Shown in pieces: positions 10,069 to 21,284 of a stretch of DNA of 64,000 nucleotides. Location of the stretch: the IMG/VR virus record IMGVR_UViG_3300028394_003336; one strand, written 5' to 3'. The notes beneath the pieces are model-generated. The model did no database searches, was not told the DNA's origin, and saw nothing but the letters and a program-made list of their open reading frames with translations. Numbering within the stretch: the first letter of the stretch is position 1; each line of letters begins with the position of its first letter. The position numbers and the translations under genes were made by a program. Source of the stretch: a virus.

Positions 10069-11160
10069 TTAACTCATTTTTTTATCAACCACATTAAAAA
10101 ATCCATATCCGTAGTTAATTAAATCTCCAAGGTTATCTACTTCTCCAAGTCTTTGAACTCTTTCGTACGCACTGTTTTTTCCTCTTTCCACAAAGACATT
10201 TGTTTGAATTTCTGGTTGACCCACAACCTTTAATAAAACTTCATCTTTAGTTATTGGAACCGCAGTTAAATTATATTCAGTAAGTCCCGATGATTGTTGG
10301 AAATAAATGCTAGTACCATCAATATAATCATAGTAATCTGTTCCATTAATTGTATAGGCAGTATAAACAAGATTTATATCCGAAATGGCTCCCCATATTT
10401 GTCCGTTACTAATAACTGGTACACCAACTTGATATTGTGGTGTTCCGTATAAGGCAAGTTCAGTAATTCTTGATTTGGTTAACCCTGAAACAACAAAAGG
10501 AACGGAAACATAATTGAATGATTCTTGTGGTACCACTTCGTTAACCGCATCACCTGAGAAGATATAATTGTAAGAAATTGGTGTTCCAACCCAATTACCC
10601 TGAGAAGGAGCAAAAAACGCTTCTCCTTGTGGATTGTAATCAATCACATTCGCATAAGGTGTTGTTATTGTTTTTGAAACTCTTGTAACACCCCAAGGAT
10701 TAACTTGCTCCATACTTATTGTGTATTGAACATCGGCAACAGGGTATGTGTGAACTATTGAATTAGGTGCGTAACTTGTAATAATTTGTTTAGGTGAACC
10801 ATCTCCCCAATCAATTGTATATTTTGATAATTCTAAAAACTTTTGAAATTCATTTGAAGTATTATAAACATAATATGTGTATGGACTACCAGTTGTTGCC
10901 GAAAATATGAAATTAGCAACAACGTCTTTTTGTAAAATTGCACCATCAAATTGTGAATAATAACCGACATCAACCGCACTTTGTCTTAATAAAATAGGAA
11001 AAGACAATTGAGTCATTAATGATGTACCACCAGTACCTGCACTAACCACTTGGGTCATTGCAGAATAAACCCCTACAGGTGTTCCACTATAATCAACAAC
11101 TGATAAATCACTAATTATGTTTTCAGGTGATACAACTATCTTATAATAATCTTGACTCAT
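10069..11160 (-). CDS. Putative structural protein with PKD/Ig-like domain
   Basis: YTIDWGDGS...HTY motif typical of PKD domains. Confidence 0.55.
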   Translation of the reverse strand: MSQDYYKIVVSPENIISDLSVVDYSGTPVGVYSAMTQVVSAGTGGTSLMTQLSFPILLRQSAVDVGYYSQFDGAILQKDVVANFIFSATTGSPYTYYVYNTSNEFQKFLELSKYTIDWGDGSPKQIITSYAPNSIVHTYPVADVQYTISMEQVNPWGVTRVSKTITTPYANVIDYNPQGEAFFAPSQGNWVGTPISYNYIFSGDAVNEVVPQESFNYVSVPFVVSGLTKSRITELALYGTPQYQVGVPVISNGQIWGAISDINLVYTAYTINGTDYYDYIDGTSIYFQQSSGLTEYNLTAVPITKDEVLLKVVGQPEIQTNVFVERGKNSAYERVQRLGEVDNLGDLINYGYGFFNVVDKKMS

Positions 11161-12005
11161 TATTGTGGTGGGTTTACGTATTCAAACCATTTTATGGGTA
11201 TGTTTGTCCCTAATCTTTGATTTCTTGTATTAAAAATCTGATAAGTTTGTGTTGGATAATCTAACTTAACAGTATAATAGAAGTACTCAATGTTATCAAA
11301 GTTATACTTGGCTTGTCCAATACCTGGAATGTCTGATTGTGGACCATTTGTGAAATCTAACGGGTCAACACCATTACCCGTCATCATCTTTGTGAACTGA
11401 CCTGTTTTAGCATTGAAGAATTTTGCTGACATATAAAATGTGTCTATTGCCAAAAACTCAACACTTTTCAACCAATAAATGAAAAACCCTTCTTTATCTC
11501 CAATGTAATCCAATACAAACTTTGGTTTTTTAATAGACACTTGAGTTCTTTGCATTTGAGTGTCCATTGTTAATCCTTGTTGTGTTGGAATAATGATTGT
11601 TATATAGTTCTTCTGTTTTTTGTCATCGGGACTATCATATAAATCTAACTTGAAGAATGAATTAGAAAAATTATTTGAATAGTAATATATCTCTTGTGGT
11701 GTAAATCCTTCAGAAATATAGTTTATTCTCCAATTTGTAATGTCGTCTAAAGAGCCTCCAGAATAAAAATAAAATTCATAATTAACTTGTGTTGCATCGG
11801 TTGTTCCTGTTGCTGGAGCATGTGAAAATCTTGACACTTCAAAATCACGTCCAACACCAATTACCTCACTTATAACGTTAGCTTCATATTCATCTATGGC
11901 CATGTCCAAACCAAGGTAGTCCCAAGTAAGTTGTATTGGAATATTAATTTGTTTTGCGTCTGGAACGATTCCTTGTTTAATTACAAAATTATTCACACCT
12001 ATCAA
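11160..12005 (-). CDS. Hypothetical protein, probably structural
   Basis: 281-aa ORF overlapping neighbours in the baseplate operon. Confidence 0.5.
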   Translation of the reverse strand: MIGVNNFVIKQGIVPDAKQINIPIQLTWDYLGLDMAIDEYEANVISEVIGVGRDFEVSRFSHAPATGTTDATQVNYEFYFYSGGSLDDITNWRINYISEGFTPQEIYYYSNNFSNSFFKLDLYDSPDDKKQKNYITIIIPTQQGLTMDTQMQRTQVSIKKPKFVLDYIGDKEGFFIYWLKSVEFLAIDTFYMSAKFFNAKTGQFTKMMTGNGVDPLDFTNGPQSDIPGIGQAKYNFDNIEYFYYTVKLDYPTQTYQIFNTRNQRLGTNIPIKWFEYVNPPQ

Positions 12006-13683
12006 TTAATGGTTTTATCTCTCCGTTAACTCCTTGAATACGTAAATTTTGATTTGTTCCTTCAGGAATTAAACGAAAAACTATATCGGCAAATGGATAC
12101 TGAGATTTATTCAAATACGGATAATCAACACCTCTACCCAAATTATCTATGAATCCATAAGTATATAAATCTCTCCATCTAAATTGTTGGTCTGACGATG
12201 AAAAGAAAGACCAACTTGGCACTTGTTCTACAAATTCAACATCACCCGTCTCAACATAATCAGAGAAAACTCTAATAGTCATTGGGTTATGCGATTTATA
12301 GTAAAATCCTGGTGTGTTTGTGCTGTAGTTATTTGTTGTTTGAAATACGTTTTGATTGTATTTTATCTTTTGATAATAATGTGAAGCGACTCTTTCTGCC
12401 TGTTCGTAATCGTTCCACTCACAAAAATCACCATCAATAACATCATCAGCTTTCAAATTAAGGTTATAATAAAAAGTTTTAGTTACACCACTTGTCTTTG
12501 TATATCCTGAAACAGGGATAGTCGTATTTGAATTTGTATTATTTAAATCCCACCATGTGTTTGCGGATTTTGTAATATTAAACTCCCATCCTTGTTTAAG
12601 TCCAATATTATTATTTGGCTGATTAAAATATCCCGAATATCCTTTGAAGATTGCTGTTAAAAATATTTCACTTATAGGTCTTTTTTGATTGTCTTTCAAA
12701 TTACTAAAATCCAAATCATATGCCGATGTCATATCATAAGCATTACTACTTGTTTTTTGTGAAATTCTTGAAACCTTGTTAGGTGTTATAGAACTATATT
12801 CAAATTTTCTGTCTTCATTAAAAACATTTTTTTCAAATGCCGCCTTTGTAACAATTAAATCATCAACATTTGTAAGAACCTTATTTTCTCTCACATAATA
12901 TTTTGATTTAGTTTCCATGTTGTCAGGGTTAATAACTCTTTTAAATGTTCCAGTCACACCATTATTAAACGTAGTACCAGTGTATCCTATATTCATAACA
13001 TTAAAAATATATTCTTCACTACCAAAATTACCATTACCCAATCTATACACTTGGAAGATATTTGAGTTTCTATAACTTAAAGATAATTCAACATATTCTC
13101 CTTCAGTGAGTCCGTGAGATGCAACACATTCAAATCTTATCACACCACTTCCATTATTTGTAGAATTTGTTATTGTAAACGGAATACCATCTTTAGCAAC
13201 CCAATTAATATTATTACCTGTTTCAGAATAGTATGTTAATTTTTTCTCATAATTGTTATTATAAGCGTATGTTAAATAGAAATTCCAATTATATGTGTAT
13301 GCACTTTTAGATTTATAATTAATATGTTGGTCATCAACAGGAGGTCTTAAAATATCAAATTCATAGTATTGTGGAAATCCTCTCCATATTGAACTTGTCA
13401 TTGAACTTATTGAATTAACATAAAATAAATTATATTGAAATGGTAAGTAATCTGTTGTTCCTGAATAAGTGTTACCGTAAAGATATGTCACTTTAAATGT
13501 TGGCCTATAAACATCTGTCGCCTGTCTTTCGTCATCATAAACTTGCGCTAAACTTAAAGTTTGACTTCTATCATATTCAGTTATTTCTTGACTTGTTTGG
13601 TCTAAAGAAATAGAAATTTTCTCATCAACAAAAGACGCTGACTTATATAAAAAATTACTCGGTATTATCGTATACTTATTCAC
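11989..13683 (-). CDS. Hypothetical protein, probably structural
   Basis: 564-aa Tyr/Asn-rich ORF in the baseplate operon. Confidence 0.5.
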   Translation of the reverse strand: MNKYTIIPSNFLYKSASFVDEKISISLDQTSQEITEYDRSQTLSLAQVYDDERQATDVYRPTFKVTYLYGNTYSGTTDYLPFQYNLFYVNSISSMTSSIWRGFPQYYEFDILRPPVDDQHINYKSKSAYTYNWNFYLTYAYNNNYEKKLTYYSETGNNINWVAKDGIPFTITNSTNNGSGVIRFECVASHGLTEGEYVELSLSYRNSNIFQVYRLGNGNFGSEEYIFNVMNIGYTGTTFNNGVTGTFKRVINPDNMETKSKYYVRENKVLTNVDDLIVTKAAFEKNVFNEDRKFEYSSITPNKVSRISQKTSSNAYDMTSAYDLDFSNLKDNQKRPISEIFLTAIFKGYSGYFNQPNNNIGLKQGWEFNITKSANTWWDLNNTNSNTTIPVSGYTKTSGVTKTFYYNLNLKADDVIDGDFCEWNDYEQAERVASHYYQKIKYNQNVFQTTNNYSTNTPGFYYKSHNPMTIRVFSDYVETGDVEFVEQVPSWSFFSSSDQQFRWRDLYTYGFIDNLGRGVDYPYLNKSQYPFADIVFRLIPEGTNQNLRIQGVNGEIKPLIDRCE

Positions 13684-16600
13684 TTACTGAGTATTTTGTT
13701 TTGAATTTATCAAGGGAACTTTCTCCTTTTATAACACCAAAATAGAAATGGAATGGTGCTCCCACAATAAAACGTGAAGATGCCGCTCCTGTTTCAGAAT
13801 AATTCCCATTAGAGTTTACACTAAAAATATAACCTCTCTTGTAAGTATCATTACTTGTATTAGGGTCAGCCGCTGGCGCTGAAAGACTTTGAAAATAATT
13901 GGTTAATCTATCTAAAGATTGATACGACTTACCTTGTACAATATCAACATAATCTGTTGCCCAATTATTAAGTTCAGTACCAAAAATCGGTGTTCTTGTT
14001 TTTATTTCCCATTGATAAAATGGAACAATTTGTGATTTAATACCATACGGATATGGGTAATATCCAGCATTATTTTCAGGTCTAAAATCAATTCTTCCTG
14101 GTGTTAAAAAATCTTTAGATTGTAAGTCTTGGGTTGTAGAGGAAAACCAAACTTCAATAACAGGTTTTGCCGCAGTTCCTGCAACTTCTACTGGTCCTGT
14201 TTGTCCAATAATAAATTGATAGTATTGTGGCGAAAATTTAATAACACCAAATTCAGAATTTATTGAAATTAATTGAGCCAAATCAGCATCAATTCTTAGT
14301 TGAGGTCTACTAAACAACTGATTTATTCCACTATCTCCTCCTCCTATAATTCTTTGTAAAAAAGATTCTTCAGTAATTCTTGAAATCACAAATAAATTTA
14401 TTAAATCTGATGGGTCGGAATATGAAGTTGAATTAAGTTGTTGCATCACATATGCTGCAGTATCTCCTTGTCCTAATATAACTTCATTATAAAAACTATC
14501 TTTGAACCCCAAATTCATAATTGTGGTTGGTGATAATAAATTCAATTTATTAATATGTCCTGGTTGGTCGGCTAGTTTACCAACAAACTTATTTGTAAAT
14601 TCATTATACGGGCTACTTCTATAATAAAAATTATTAGTGTTTTTATCAAAATAAATTAAGTCTTTACAAAACAAAGGAGCCTCTGGTTTATTTTGTTTAT
14701 CAAAATAGGTATCAACTTGGATTGGGTACATATATAATCCGCCATTAATCCAGTTATTAACAAAAGATTGTGATAACACTCCTTGGCACAAAGCATAGAA
14801 AAATCTCCATCTAAATGCCCATTCATTAAAGTTTTTTATATCTTTAGGAATATCCAGTAAAGGTCTTCTCAAAAATTGATAACAACCGTTAATAACCGCG
14901 TCTTTGTCCGCACAAGTAGAATTAACTTGAAAATCAGTTCCTATACCCTCATAACAACCTAAACTAACAATATTTTTACATGTACTTAATGTGTCAAAAA
15001 CATTTTGAGATGCATATTGGTCTTCAATGTCTTGAGTTGAAATCGTTGCTCCACCCGAATAATTTGTCCCCTGTATAGTGACACCATCGTCAGTTATTAC
15101 ATAAACCGCAAATCCTAAATTTTGTTGTAATAATGATGGGTTATAATCCCAACTTTTACCATCTAAAACATCCGAGGATGGAAGTCTATCTGTTCTCATA
15201 ACATTTTTAGTACTCGTACTAATACTCATTGGATTAGCGGTAAGACTAGGTAAAAGAACATTACTGAAATAAGTAAGTTTTGTTGTTGAAAAAATATTAC
15301 TTCCGTCAACATAATAATAAGCCCCTCCTGATAAATCTTCTGACGTTTCATATTTGGCTGGTTCGTTGAGTCCACTTGTCCATGAATCGTTACCTGTTGA
15401 CGTTACTAAACAATTCACGCCATTCACATTTGCAACATCACTAAACTGTGGTGCATTTAATGCATCATAACTACCATAAAATCCAACAACACCTGTTGTA
15501 AATGCTGACCATGATTGACCAGGTACACTCGAACCATCTATTCCTCCTTTGAAAAAATGTGAAGGGTAAAAAATGTTATCTTGTGAACTAAAACTTTGTA
15601 CTGAAATTGTACTATTTGGTAATTTTTGTATTGGTATATTCAATCTTGTATTTGCAGTAATTGTCAAATCATCTTCATTTGCTAACCCAAATAGTTTTCC
15701 TAAACCATACTTATTAGTATACGTTGGTGAATATGGGTCAACTCCTCTTTGTAAGATTAAAATATATTTTTCTGAAAATGATTCAAATAAATCCGAGATT
15801 TTATATTCAGGTGAGTTGTATGTTGTTACAGTTGCTCCTGAAGTTTCAGTATAAATTACGACTGTTTCAGAGTTCATTACATTTGGTAAAAATCCACTGG
15901 ATGTTGTATCCCATACTTTTGAGGCCTCTGTGACAGTAAGGCCAGTTAATACTTGAAAATATTCAACGTCTGATGGATAAAGATAATTGGATAACGTAGA
16001 GCCTGTACTTAATACATAACTAACCGATAAATTACTTAATTGGTTGTTTGGGTCACAATATTCAACATTGTATGTTGATACTCCAGGATTTAATGGTGTT
16101 CCACTAATACCTCTAACATATGCCCCTGTACTTCCTGTATATTTGGCATTAACATCTCTTGTAATTATGGGGTTAACAAATGTCAAAAGGGAACCTGAGT
16201 CTAATGGAGCATCATAAATTAATACTAAAGTATTATCATAGTGTTTCGTTGAATTCATATCAAACGAAACACTTATACGATTAAGTCCACTGAAATATTT
16301 TTGTCTTAAATTAAAGTTATTAATTCTTTCTCCAAATGGTATATAATTTGAATAACTATAAAATGAATCTCCATTCAACAACGTTGATTCTGAAGATTTC
16401 ATAACTTTATATATTTGATTATTATTATTAGTTGTACTGTTAGTACCAATAGCATTGGAAAAAGAAAATGCAACCGATGGTGTGTTATCATCAACAAAAC
16501 CTAATTGTTTAACGGGTTCTTCTAAGTTATTATAATATAAAGATTGATTGGAAAACTGACTTAACAAAGAACTTAGTGATGAACTTGAATTTTCTGGGTC

Positions 16601-18613
16601 AACTTCAGATGTACCACAATCACAAGAAGTACAATCAGGATAAGTTAATACAGGTAATGTAAAACCTTTGATAGGCTGTCCTTTTACTAAATTAAAGATT
16701 AAATTGAATCCAATTAAAGCGAGACCTATTGCCACAGCAGTCAAAGCGTCTTTGATACCAGTAGCAAGAAAAGCGTATGCAGATACTTGAGCAGTAATCG
16801 CTAAGGCTGTAAAGAAAGGTGCCAATCCAATTGTAAATAAACCAGCTACGGCTACAGCTGCCGCTGCGTACATTGTTGCAACCTCTGTTTGTGCCTTTCC
16901 GTATTGAATAAAGTTTTTAATTGAAAGGAATATATAATATCCAATTAAAATCCCCAATAAAGCCTGAAACCATGGTTTAAACTTAACTAATAGATTCCAA
17001 ACAAATGCAACGACATGTACCACTATTAATAAAGGAATTGATATAATCTGTAGTATTTGCATTAAAATTGAAAAAAGAAAAAACAAAAGATTAAAGTTTT
17101 TAAACCCGTCATTTGTTGGGAACTTGTTAACTGTACTTTCGCATGCATTATCGTCAATCTCTTTTATTCCAAGGAATCTTCCTCTTCCCACTCCTTTCTT
17201 GTATTCATCAATTAAATTGGATACAGTATAAACTCTATTAAACTTGAACTCATAGAAAGTATCTTGACAATCAATTATTTCATTCAGTTTTTGTATTTTT
17301 TCACTACTCGTAAAACCTGTACTACCACCTGGAACATATCCATTCCAATCTAAACCAAAATAATAAGAACTAGCTAATAAATTTTTTCGTCTTACATCAA
17401 CTGTATTTGTATTTGGGTCAACACCTGAGCCCGCCCAACCATATTCTCTAACGTTTGGAACGAGAAAATAAGCTCTTCTAGTTTGTTCGGTTAAACTTGC
17501 GGGCTGTTGCCATTTAACTTTAAATCTATATTTTGCCTTGGTTGGTATACCAACTGCAGGGTCATTAGATAATGTTTTTTCACCAAACTCATTGGTTACA
17601 TAATAGTCCAAATTCATTGGTAATTCTGTTAACCACGCTCCACTACCATCAATAATGTTTCCAGCCTGTTCTAATTGATATAGTTCCAATATTGGATTAC
17701 CGTTTGAATCTTGTTGTATTGTTTGTCTAATTGCCAATATTTGACCTGGCGATGTGGTAAGTCCACATAGATTACCCATATTATCTCTGGGTTTACAATC
17801 TCTTTTCAATCTAAAATTGTCTGCAGATGAAAATATTGAACCCATAAAAACTGATGTTGGTTCAATATTAATATTTGCATCATCCCTTAAATCAAAATCA
17901 AGTCGGTTGACTGCAATTTGGCACAAATCAGGGTCTCCCCATAATGGAGAAACTTCAACAATTTTTACAAGGTTTACAATTTGAGGCAATGAATTTAAAT
18001 CACTTGATGTTCTAAATCTACCACCAGCAACTTGAGCCTCAGTTGCTAACCCCATTCTTATTAAGTCTTGAGGTGTTAAAGAAAACTCTCCTATATCTGA
18101 CAAGTCAACATCCATGACAATTGTTTGAGCCCCTAATGGAGCACCCATAATCATGTAATCACCACTGTCATTTGTTTTTGCCGTGAATTTATAATACTTG
18201 TCATATAGTTCTACAGCGGTAGAACCTGTTAAAGAATCCGCTCTTGATGGTAATGTACCTGTAGCTGCGTGTGTTGAATATGATTTTTCGTACGGTAAAA
18301 GGTTATATCTATACCCGTCCTCATTCTTATCTGTTGGCGATTTGTATGGGTAAATTGATGAAATAACTGGATTAGATTCATCAACACTTTCAATTGGGAT
18401 GAACACAGAAACTCTAGCATTTGGAATACCAAAACCATTGTTTGCAGTTACTCTTCCAACCAAAACTCCGTAGTTTGCACAATTTCTTGTATAGATGTCA
18501 GCCTGTTGAATTTTTAAAGATAGAATCTCCAAGAATTCAAAGTCTTGTTCTAAATCTACGTTAATTGCTTTATTAACACCAAGTTCAGTTCTTATTCTGT
18601 AAGATTGACCCAT
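13676..18613 (-). CDS. Large baseplate-cluster protein with internal multi-helix hydrophobic block
   Basis: ATG at 18613 after TATTTAT (18628-18634); N-terminal GRVTANNGFGIPNARVSVF beta-sandwich-like motif; hydrophobic tract about 16685-17097. Confidence 0.6.
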   Translation of the reverse strand: MGQSYRIRTELGVNKAINVDLEQDFEFLEILSLKIQQADIYTRNCANYGVLVGRVTANNGFGIPNARVSVFIPIESVDESNPVISSIYPYKSPTDKNEDGYRYNLLPYEKSYSTHAATGTLPSRADSLTGSTAVELYDKYYKFTAKTNDSGDYMIMGAPLGAQTIVMDVDLSDIGEFSLTPQDLIRMGLATEAQVAGGRFRTSSDLNSLPQIVNLVKIVEVSPLWGDPDLCQIAVNRLDFDLRDDANINIEPTSVFMGSIFSSADNFRLKRDCKPRDNMGNLCGLTTSPGQILAIRQTIQQDSNGNPILELYQLEQAGNIIDGSGAWLTELPMNLDYYVTNEFGEKTLSNDPAVGIPTKAKYRFKVKWQQPASLTEQTRRAYFLVPNVREYGWAGSGVDPNTNTVDVRRKNLLASSYYFGLDWNGYVPGGSTGFTSSEKIQKLNEIIDCQDTFYEFKFNRVYTVSNLIDEYKKGVGRGRFLGIKEIDDNACESTVNKFPTNDGFKNFNLLFFLFSILMQILQIISIPLLIVVHVVAFVWNLLVKFKPWFQALLGILIGYYIFLSIKNFIQYGKAQTEVATMYAAAAVAVAGLFTIGLAPFFTALAITAQVSAYAFLATGIKDALTAVAIGLALIGFNLIFNLVKGQPIKGFTLPVLTYPDCTSCDCGTSEVDPENSSSSLSSLLSQFSNQSLYYNNLEEPVKQLGFVDDNTPSVAFSFSNAIGTNSTTNNNNQIYKVMKSSESTLLNGDSFYSYSNYIPFGERINNFNLRQKYFSGLNRISVSFDMNSTKHYDNTLVLIYDAPLDSGSLLTFVNPIITRDVNAKYTGSTGAYVRGISGTPLNPGVSTYNVEYCDPNNQLSNLSVSYVLSTGSTLSNYLYPSDVEYFQVLTGLTVTEASKVWDTTSSGFLPNVMNSETVVIYTETSGATVTTYNSPEYKISDLFESFSEKYILILQRGVDPYSPTYTNKYGLGKLFGLANEDDLTITANTRLNIPIQKLPNSTISVQSFSSQDNIFYPSHFFKGGIDGSSVPGQSWSAFTTGVVGFYGSYDALNAPQFSDVANVNGVNCLVTSTGNDSWTSGLNEPAKYETSEDLSGGAYYYVDGSNIFSTTKLTYFSNVLLPSLTANPMSISTSTKNVMRTDRLPSSDVLDGKSWDYNPSLLQQNLGFAVYVITDDGVTIQGTNYSGGATISTQDIEDQYASQNVFDTLSTCKNIVSLGCYEGIGTDFQVNSTCADKDAVINGCYQFLRRPLLDIPKDIKNFNEWAFRWRFFYALCQGVLSQSFVNNWINGGLYMYPIQVDTYFDKQNKPEAPLFCKDLIYFDKNTNNFYYRSSPYNEFTNKFVGKLADQPGHINKLNLLSPTTIMNLGFKDSFYNEVILGQGDTAAYVMQQLNSTSYSDPSDLINLFVISRITEESFLQRIIGGGDSGINQLFSRPQLRIDADLAQLISINSEFGVIKFSPQYYQFIIGQTGPVEVAGTAAKPVIEVWFSSTTQDLQSKDFLTPGRIDFRPENNAGYYPYPYGIKSQIVPFYQWEIKTRTPIFGTELNNWATDYVDIVQGKSYQSLDRLTNYFQSLSAPAADPNTSNDTYKRGYIFSVNSNGNYSETGAASSRFIVGAPFHFYFGVIKGESSLDKFKTKYSVSE

Positions 18614-18707
18614 CAATACCTTTTCTTATAAATAGTTTATGTGTTATTTTTAAAGGTGCACACATACACAATTAAAGTATAAGTCAAATGAATAATAAAT
18701 AAATGTG

Positions 18708-20546
18708 TTAAGAGAATGTTACTGATTGGAAATTCTTAACCGAAACTTTAATATCTTTATTTGGATATCTGATTTGATACACCTGAGATGGTTGTGCAAA
18801 AATTGTGTCATCAACAGGTGCGATTTGTTTTGTTTCAGCGTCAGAATATTCCATAGAAGTTTCTGCAGATGAATATTGTCCTCCAACTAAATTATAAATA
18901 GTTACTCCTGCAACGGTTAATACACCATTTTGATTTTGAATAATACTACTTAATTCTGATAGATATACGTTTTGACCAAGTTGTCTTATTTGTGGGTCAA
19001 AGTAAGTTGATACTTTATCAATCACATTTGTAATAATTTGTCCTGAGTTTTGAGCCGAATCTAAAACAATAGAAACTTCAACACTTAGGTCAATAACTTC
19101 AGCCGTTAATATTGAAATGTAATCATTCATCATTCTATAGTTAGACAAATAGTTAGCTACGTTTTGTCTTAAAGTATTTGAAACAATACTTGTAAGTTTA
19201 CCTGAAGTATCATAAGATAATAATTGAATTAATATCTTATTATCGTTTTCTGTTACAGATACTTTTGCGGGTGCTCCAAACTCGGATGGCATATTTCTTA
19301 TGATTGACTCATAGTCTTGAACCGTTACCGCTCTTTTTTGTGCTGCAAAGTTAAATGATACGTAGTTTCTAATTTCTTCTAATGAAGGAACCCCTGCTCC
19401 ACCAACCGCTGCGGTTACGTTATTAGCTCTTAGTGAATTAACTACTGATGAGTTTGTTAATTCTGAAGGACCATTAACATATAATGAAACGGTACCAATT
19501 TGATTAATAACGTTTGTCCCCAAGTTTGTTGCTAAACCACCACCAACTCTATATTGAATAAACAATGTTGAGTTAGGTATTAAGGTTGAACCTAATGAGA
19601 AATTATTTGAATATCTTTGTAAATCTAATGTTGTTCCTAAAGTTGTGAATTGGTCAAGAGCGTCTTGGGCTGTATTTGTTCCACCACCAAAAGTCATTTT
19701 TTTAAATCCTTCTGATGTATATTCACTCATAAATCTGTTTGAGGTTTGAATATATTTTCCAACTTTAATACCTGGTTGGTCAGATACTTTGGTTGGGTCT
19801 TCAACAAATATTCTGTCTTCGGCCAAAGCATCTACTTCGTACCATCTATTAGAAAGACCTAAAAATTCTGCGGCTGTTGGTATGTTTGTATACTCTGTTC
19901 CACTTTTAAGTAGAACACTTGTAATTCCAAGAACATTTTTTTCAGGTAAAAATAATTCAAAGAATGGTACCACATCATTTGGTGTAATAACTTTTTTGAA
20001 AACCTTTGTTATACCATTAACAACTAATTCTCTCTTAGTTATTGTATAGTTTACCAATACGTTATTGGCATTGAAATTAGGTATTTTTAATCTATTTGGA
20101 AATCCTTGAGCGTTATATGGTGATGAGAAATCAACATCATAAATGTTTTCAAATACAATTCCCGCACCTGTAACTTGAGAACCTCTTGTTAAAATTCCAA
20201 GATATCTTTCATCTTCCTTGTCACCATAAGCTGGAACTGTTATTGAAAAATCAACAAGAGCAACTGAAGGTCTTTGTCCTGGAAGTTTTAATCCATAAGT
20301 TCTGGCGATGTTATAAATTGATGACTTTTGTTGTGCATATTGAAGAACTGTTTCCTGAACACTTCTATCAATATGATAATTCAAGTTATCTGCCACCGCA
20401 GCATTCAAATCAATAAAAACTGAGAATACAGAAGCGTCATTAAAATCTTGAATTAATTCAGGATAATAAGTTCTTACATAATTGAGAAGTTCGGTTCTTA
20501 TACCTTCAAAATCTCTGGTTGTATATGATATTTTACGATTTGCCAT
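18708..20546 (-). CDS. Baseplate wedge subunit (T4 gp6 / baseplate J-like)
   Basis: YTTRDFEGIR N-terminus; FGGG, YRVGGG and AQKRAVTVQDYE motifs; next to gp25-like gene. Confidence 0.85.
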   Translation of the reverse strand: MANRKISYTTRDFEGIRTELLNYVRTYYPELIQDFNDASVFSVFIDLNAAVADNLNYHIDRSVQETVLQYAQQKSSIYNIARTYGLKLPGQRPSVALVDFSITVPAYGDKEDERYLGILTRGSQVTGAGIVFENIYDVDFSSPYNAQGFPNRLKIPNFNANNVLVNYTITKRELVVNGITKVFKKVITPNDVVPFFELFLPEKNVLGITSVLLKSGTEYTNIPTAAEFLGLSNRWYEVDALAEDRIFVEDPTKVSDQPGIKVGKYIQTSNRFMSEYTSEGFKKMTFGGGTNTAQDALDQFTTLGTTLDLQRYSNNFSLGSTLIPNSTLFIQYRVGGGLATNLGTNVINQIGTVSLYVNGPSELTNSSVVNSLRANNVTAAVGGAGVPSLEEIRNYVSFNFAAQKRAVTVQDYESIIRNMPSEFGAPAKVSVTENDNKILIQLLSYDTSGKLTSIVSNTLRQNVANYLSNYRMMNDYISILTAEVIDLSVEVSIVLDSAQNSGQIITNVIDKVSTYFDPQIRQLGQNVYLSELSSIIQNQNGVLTVAGVTIYNLVGGQYSSAETSMEYSDAETKQIAPVDDTIFAQPSQVYQIRYPNKDIKVSVKNFQSVTFS

Positions 20547-20551
20547 TACTA

Positions 20552-21022
20552 TTAAATATTGATAATAACAAAATCACTTTGTGCAAATGTATTTTTGTTA
20601 TTTGAATAATCTATCTTGATTTTAGCGGTATATTCTGCTGTTCCTTTACCAGGGAATCTATATATTGGTGAGTCTGATGTTCCAATAACTGCTTGATTAG
20701 TATCTAAATCATATTCTTCTTGTGGGTCTAACGGAGTTATTGTTATATTATTTAAAAGTAAGTTTGGCATGTATTGTCCTACAGCGTCTCTAATGTCTGA
20801 TTGTATTGCATCAAATGTTAATCCATCAAAAGGTTCAAAAATGAACTCATATAATCTTGTACCAAAATCAGGCAAGAAATATCTTGAACCTTTTCTTGTT
20901 AAAAGAAGATGAATTAAATCTGATTTAATTTCTTCAGATTCAAATTCTGTAAGTGCTAAATAATCCCCTTGAGTTGAATTTCTAAAGGGGAAATACAAAC
21001 CATATGTTATCCCATCTGCCAT
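20552..21022 (-). CDS. Baseplate wedge protein, gp25/GPW family
   Basis: IKSDLIHLLLTRKGSRYFLPDFGTRLYEFIFEP signature. Confidence 0.9.
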   Translation of the reverse strand: MADGITYGLYFPFRNSTQGDYLALTEFESEEIKSDLIHLLLTRKGSRYFLPDFGTRLYEFIFEPFDGLTFDAIQSDIRDAVGQYMPNLLLNNITITPLDPQEEYDLDTNQAVIGTSDSPIYRFPGKGTAEYTAKIKIDYSNNKNTFAQSDFVIINI

Positions 21023-21042
21023 ATGAGATAAATATACTTAGA

Positions 21043-21249
21043 TTATTTTTTTATTAAAGTGTTACCTTTTTGAGCCATTGGTTCATAAGGACAGTGCCTG
21101 CACCCATTCCCACAACAATACCCTCGTTGAATATGATATTCTTCAGTAAAAACGGTAGAGCCGTTTTCTTCATAAAAATGAGAAGGGAGAAGTTTTAGCT
21201 TCTCCCTCTTATTATTATCTATTTCCTTTAATTGAATAATAAACTCCAT
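21043..21249 (-). CDS. Small Cys-rich protein (DUF5522-like)
   Basis: RGYCCGNGCRHCPY motif. Confidence 0.75.
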   Translation of the reverse strand: MEFIIQLKEIDNNKREKLKLLPSHFYEENGSTVFTEEYHIQRGYCCGNGCRHCPYEPMAQKGNTLIKK

Positions 21250-21284
21250 TAATAATATTTTGAACTAAATTATCTTTCATGATT

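Noticed and set aside
21215-21280. 21-codon ORF MKDNLVQNIINGVYYSIKGNR as a gene
   Set aside because: Too short to support without conservation data; mentioned only as context for the hairpin
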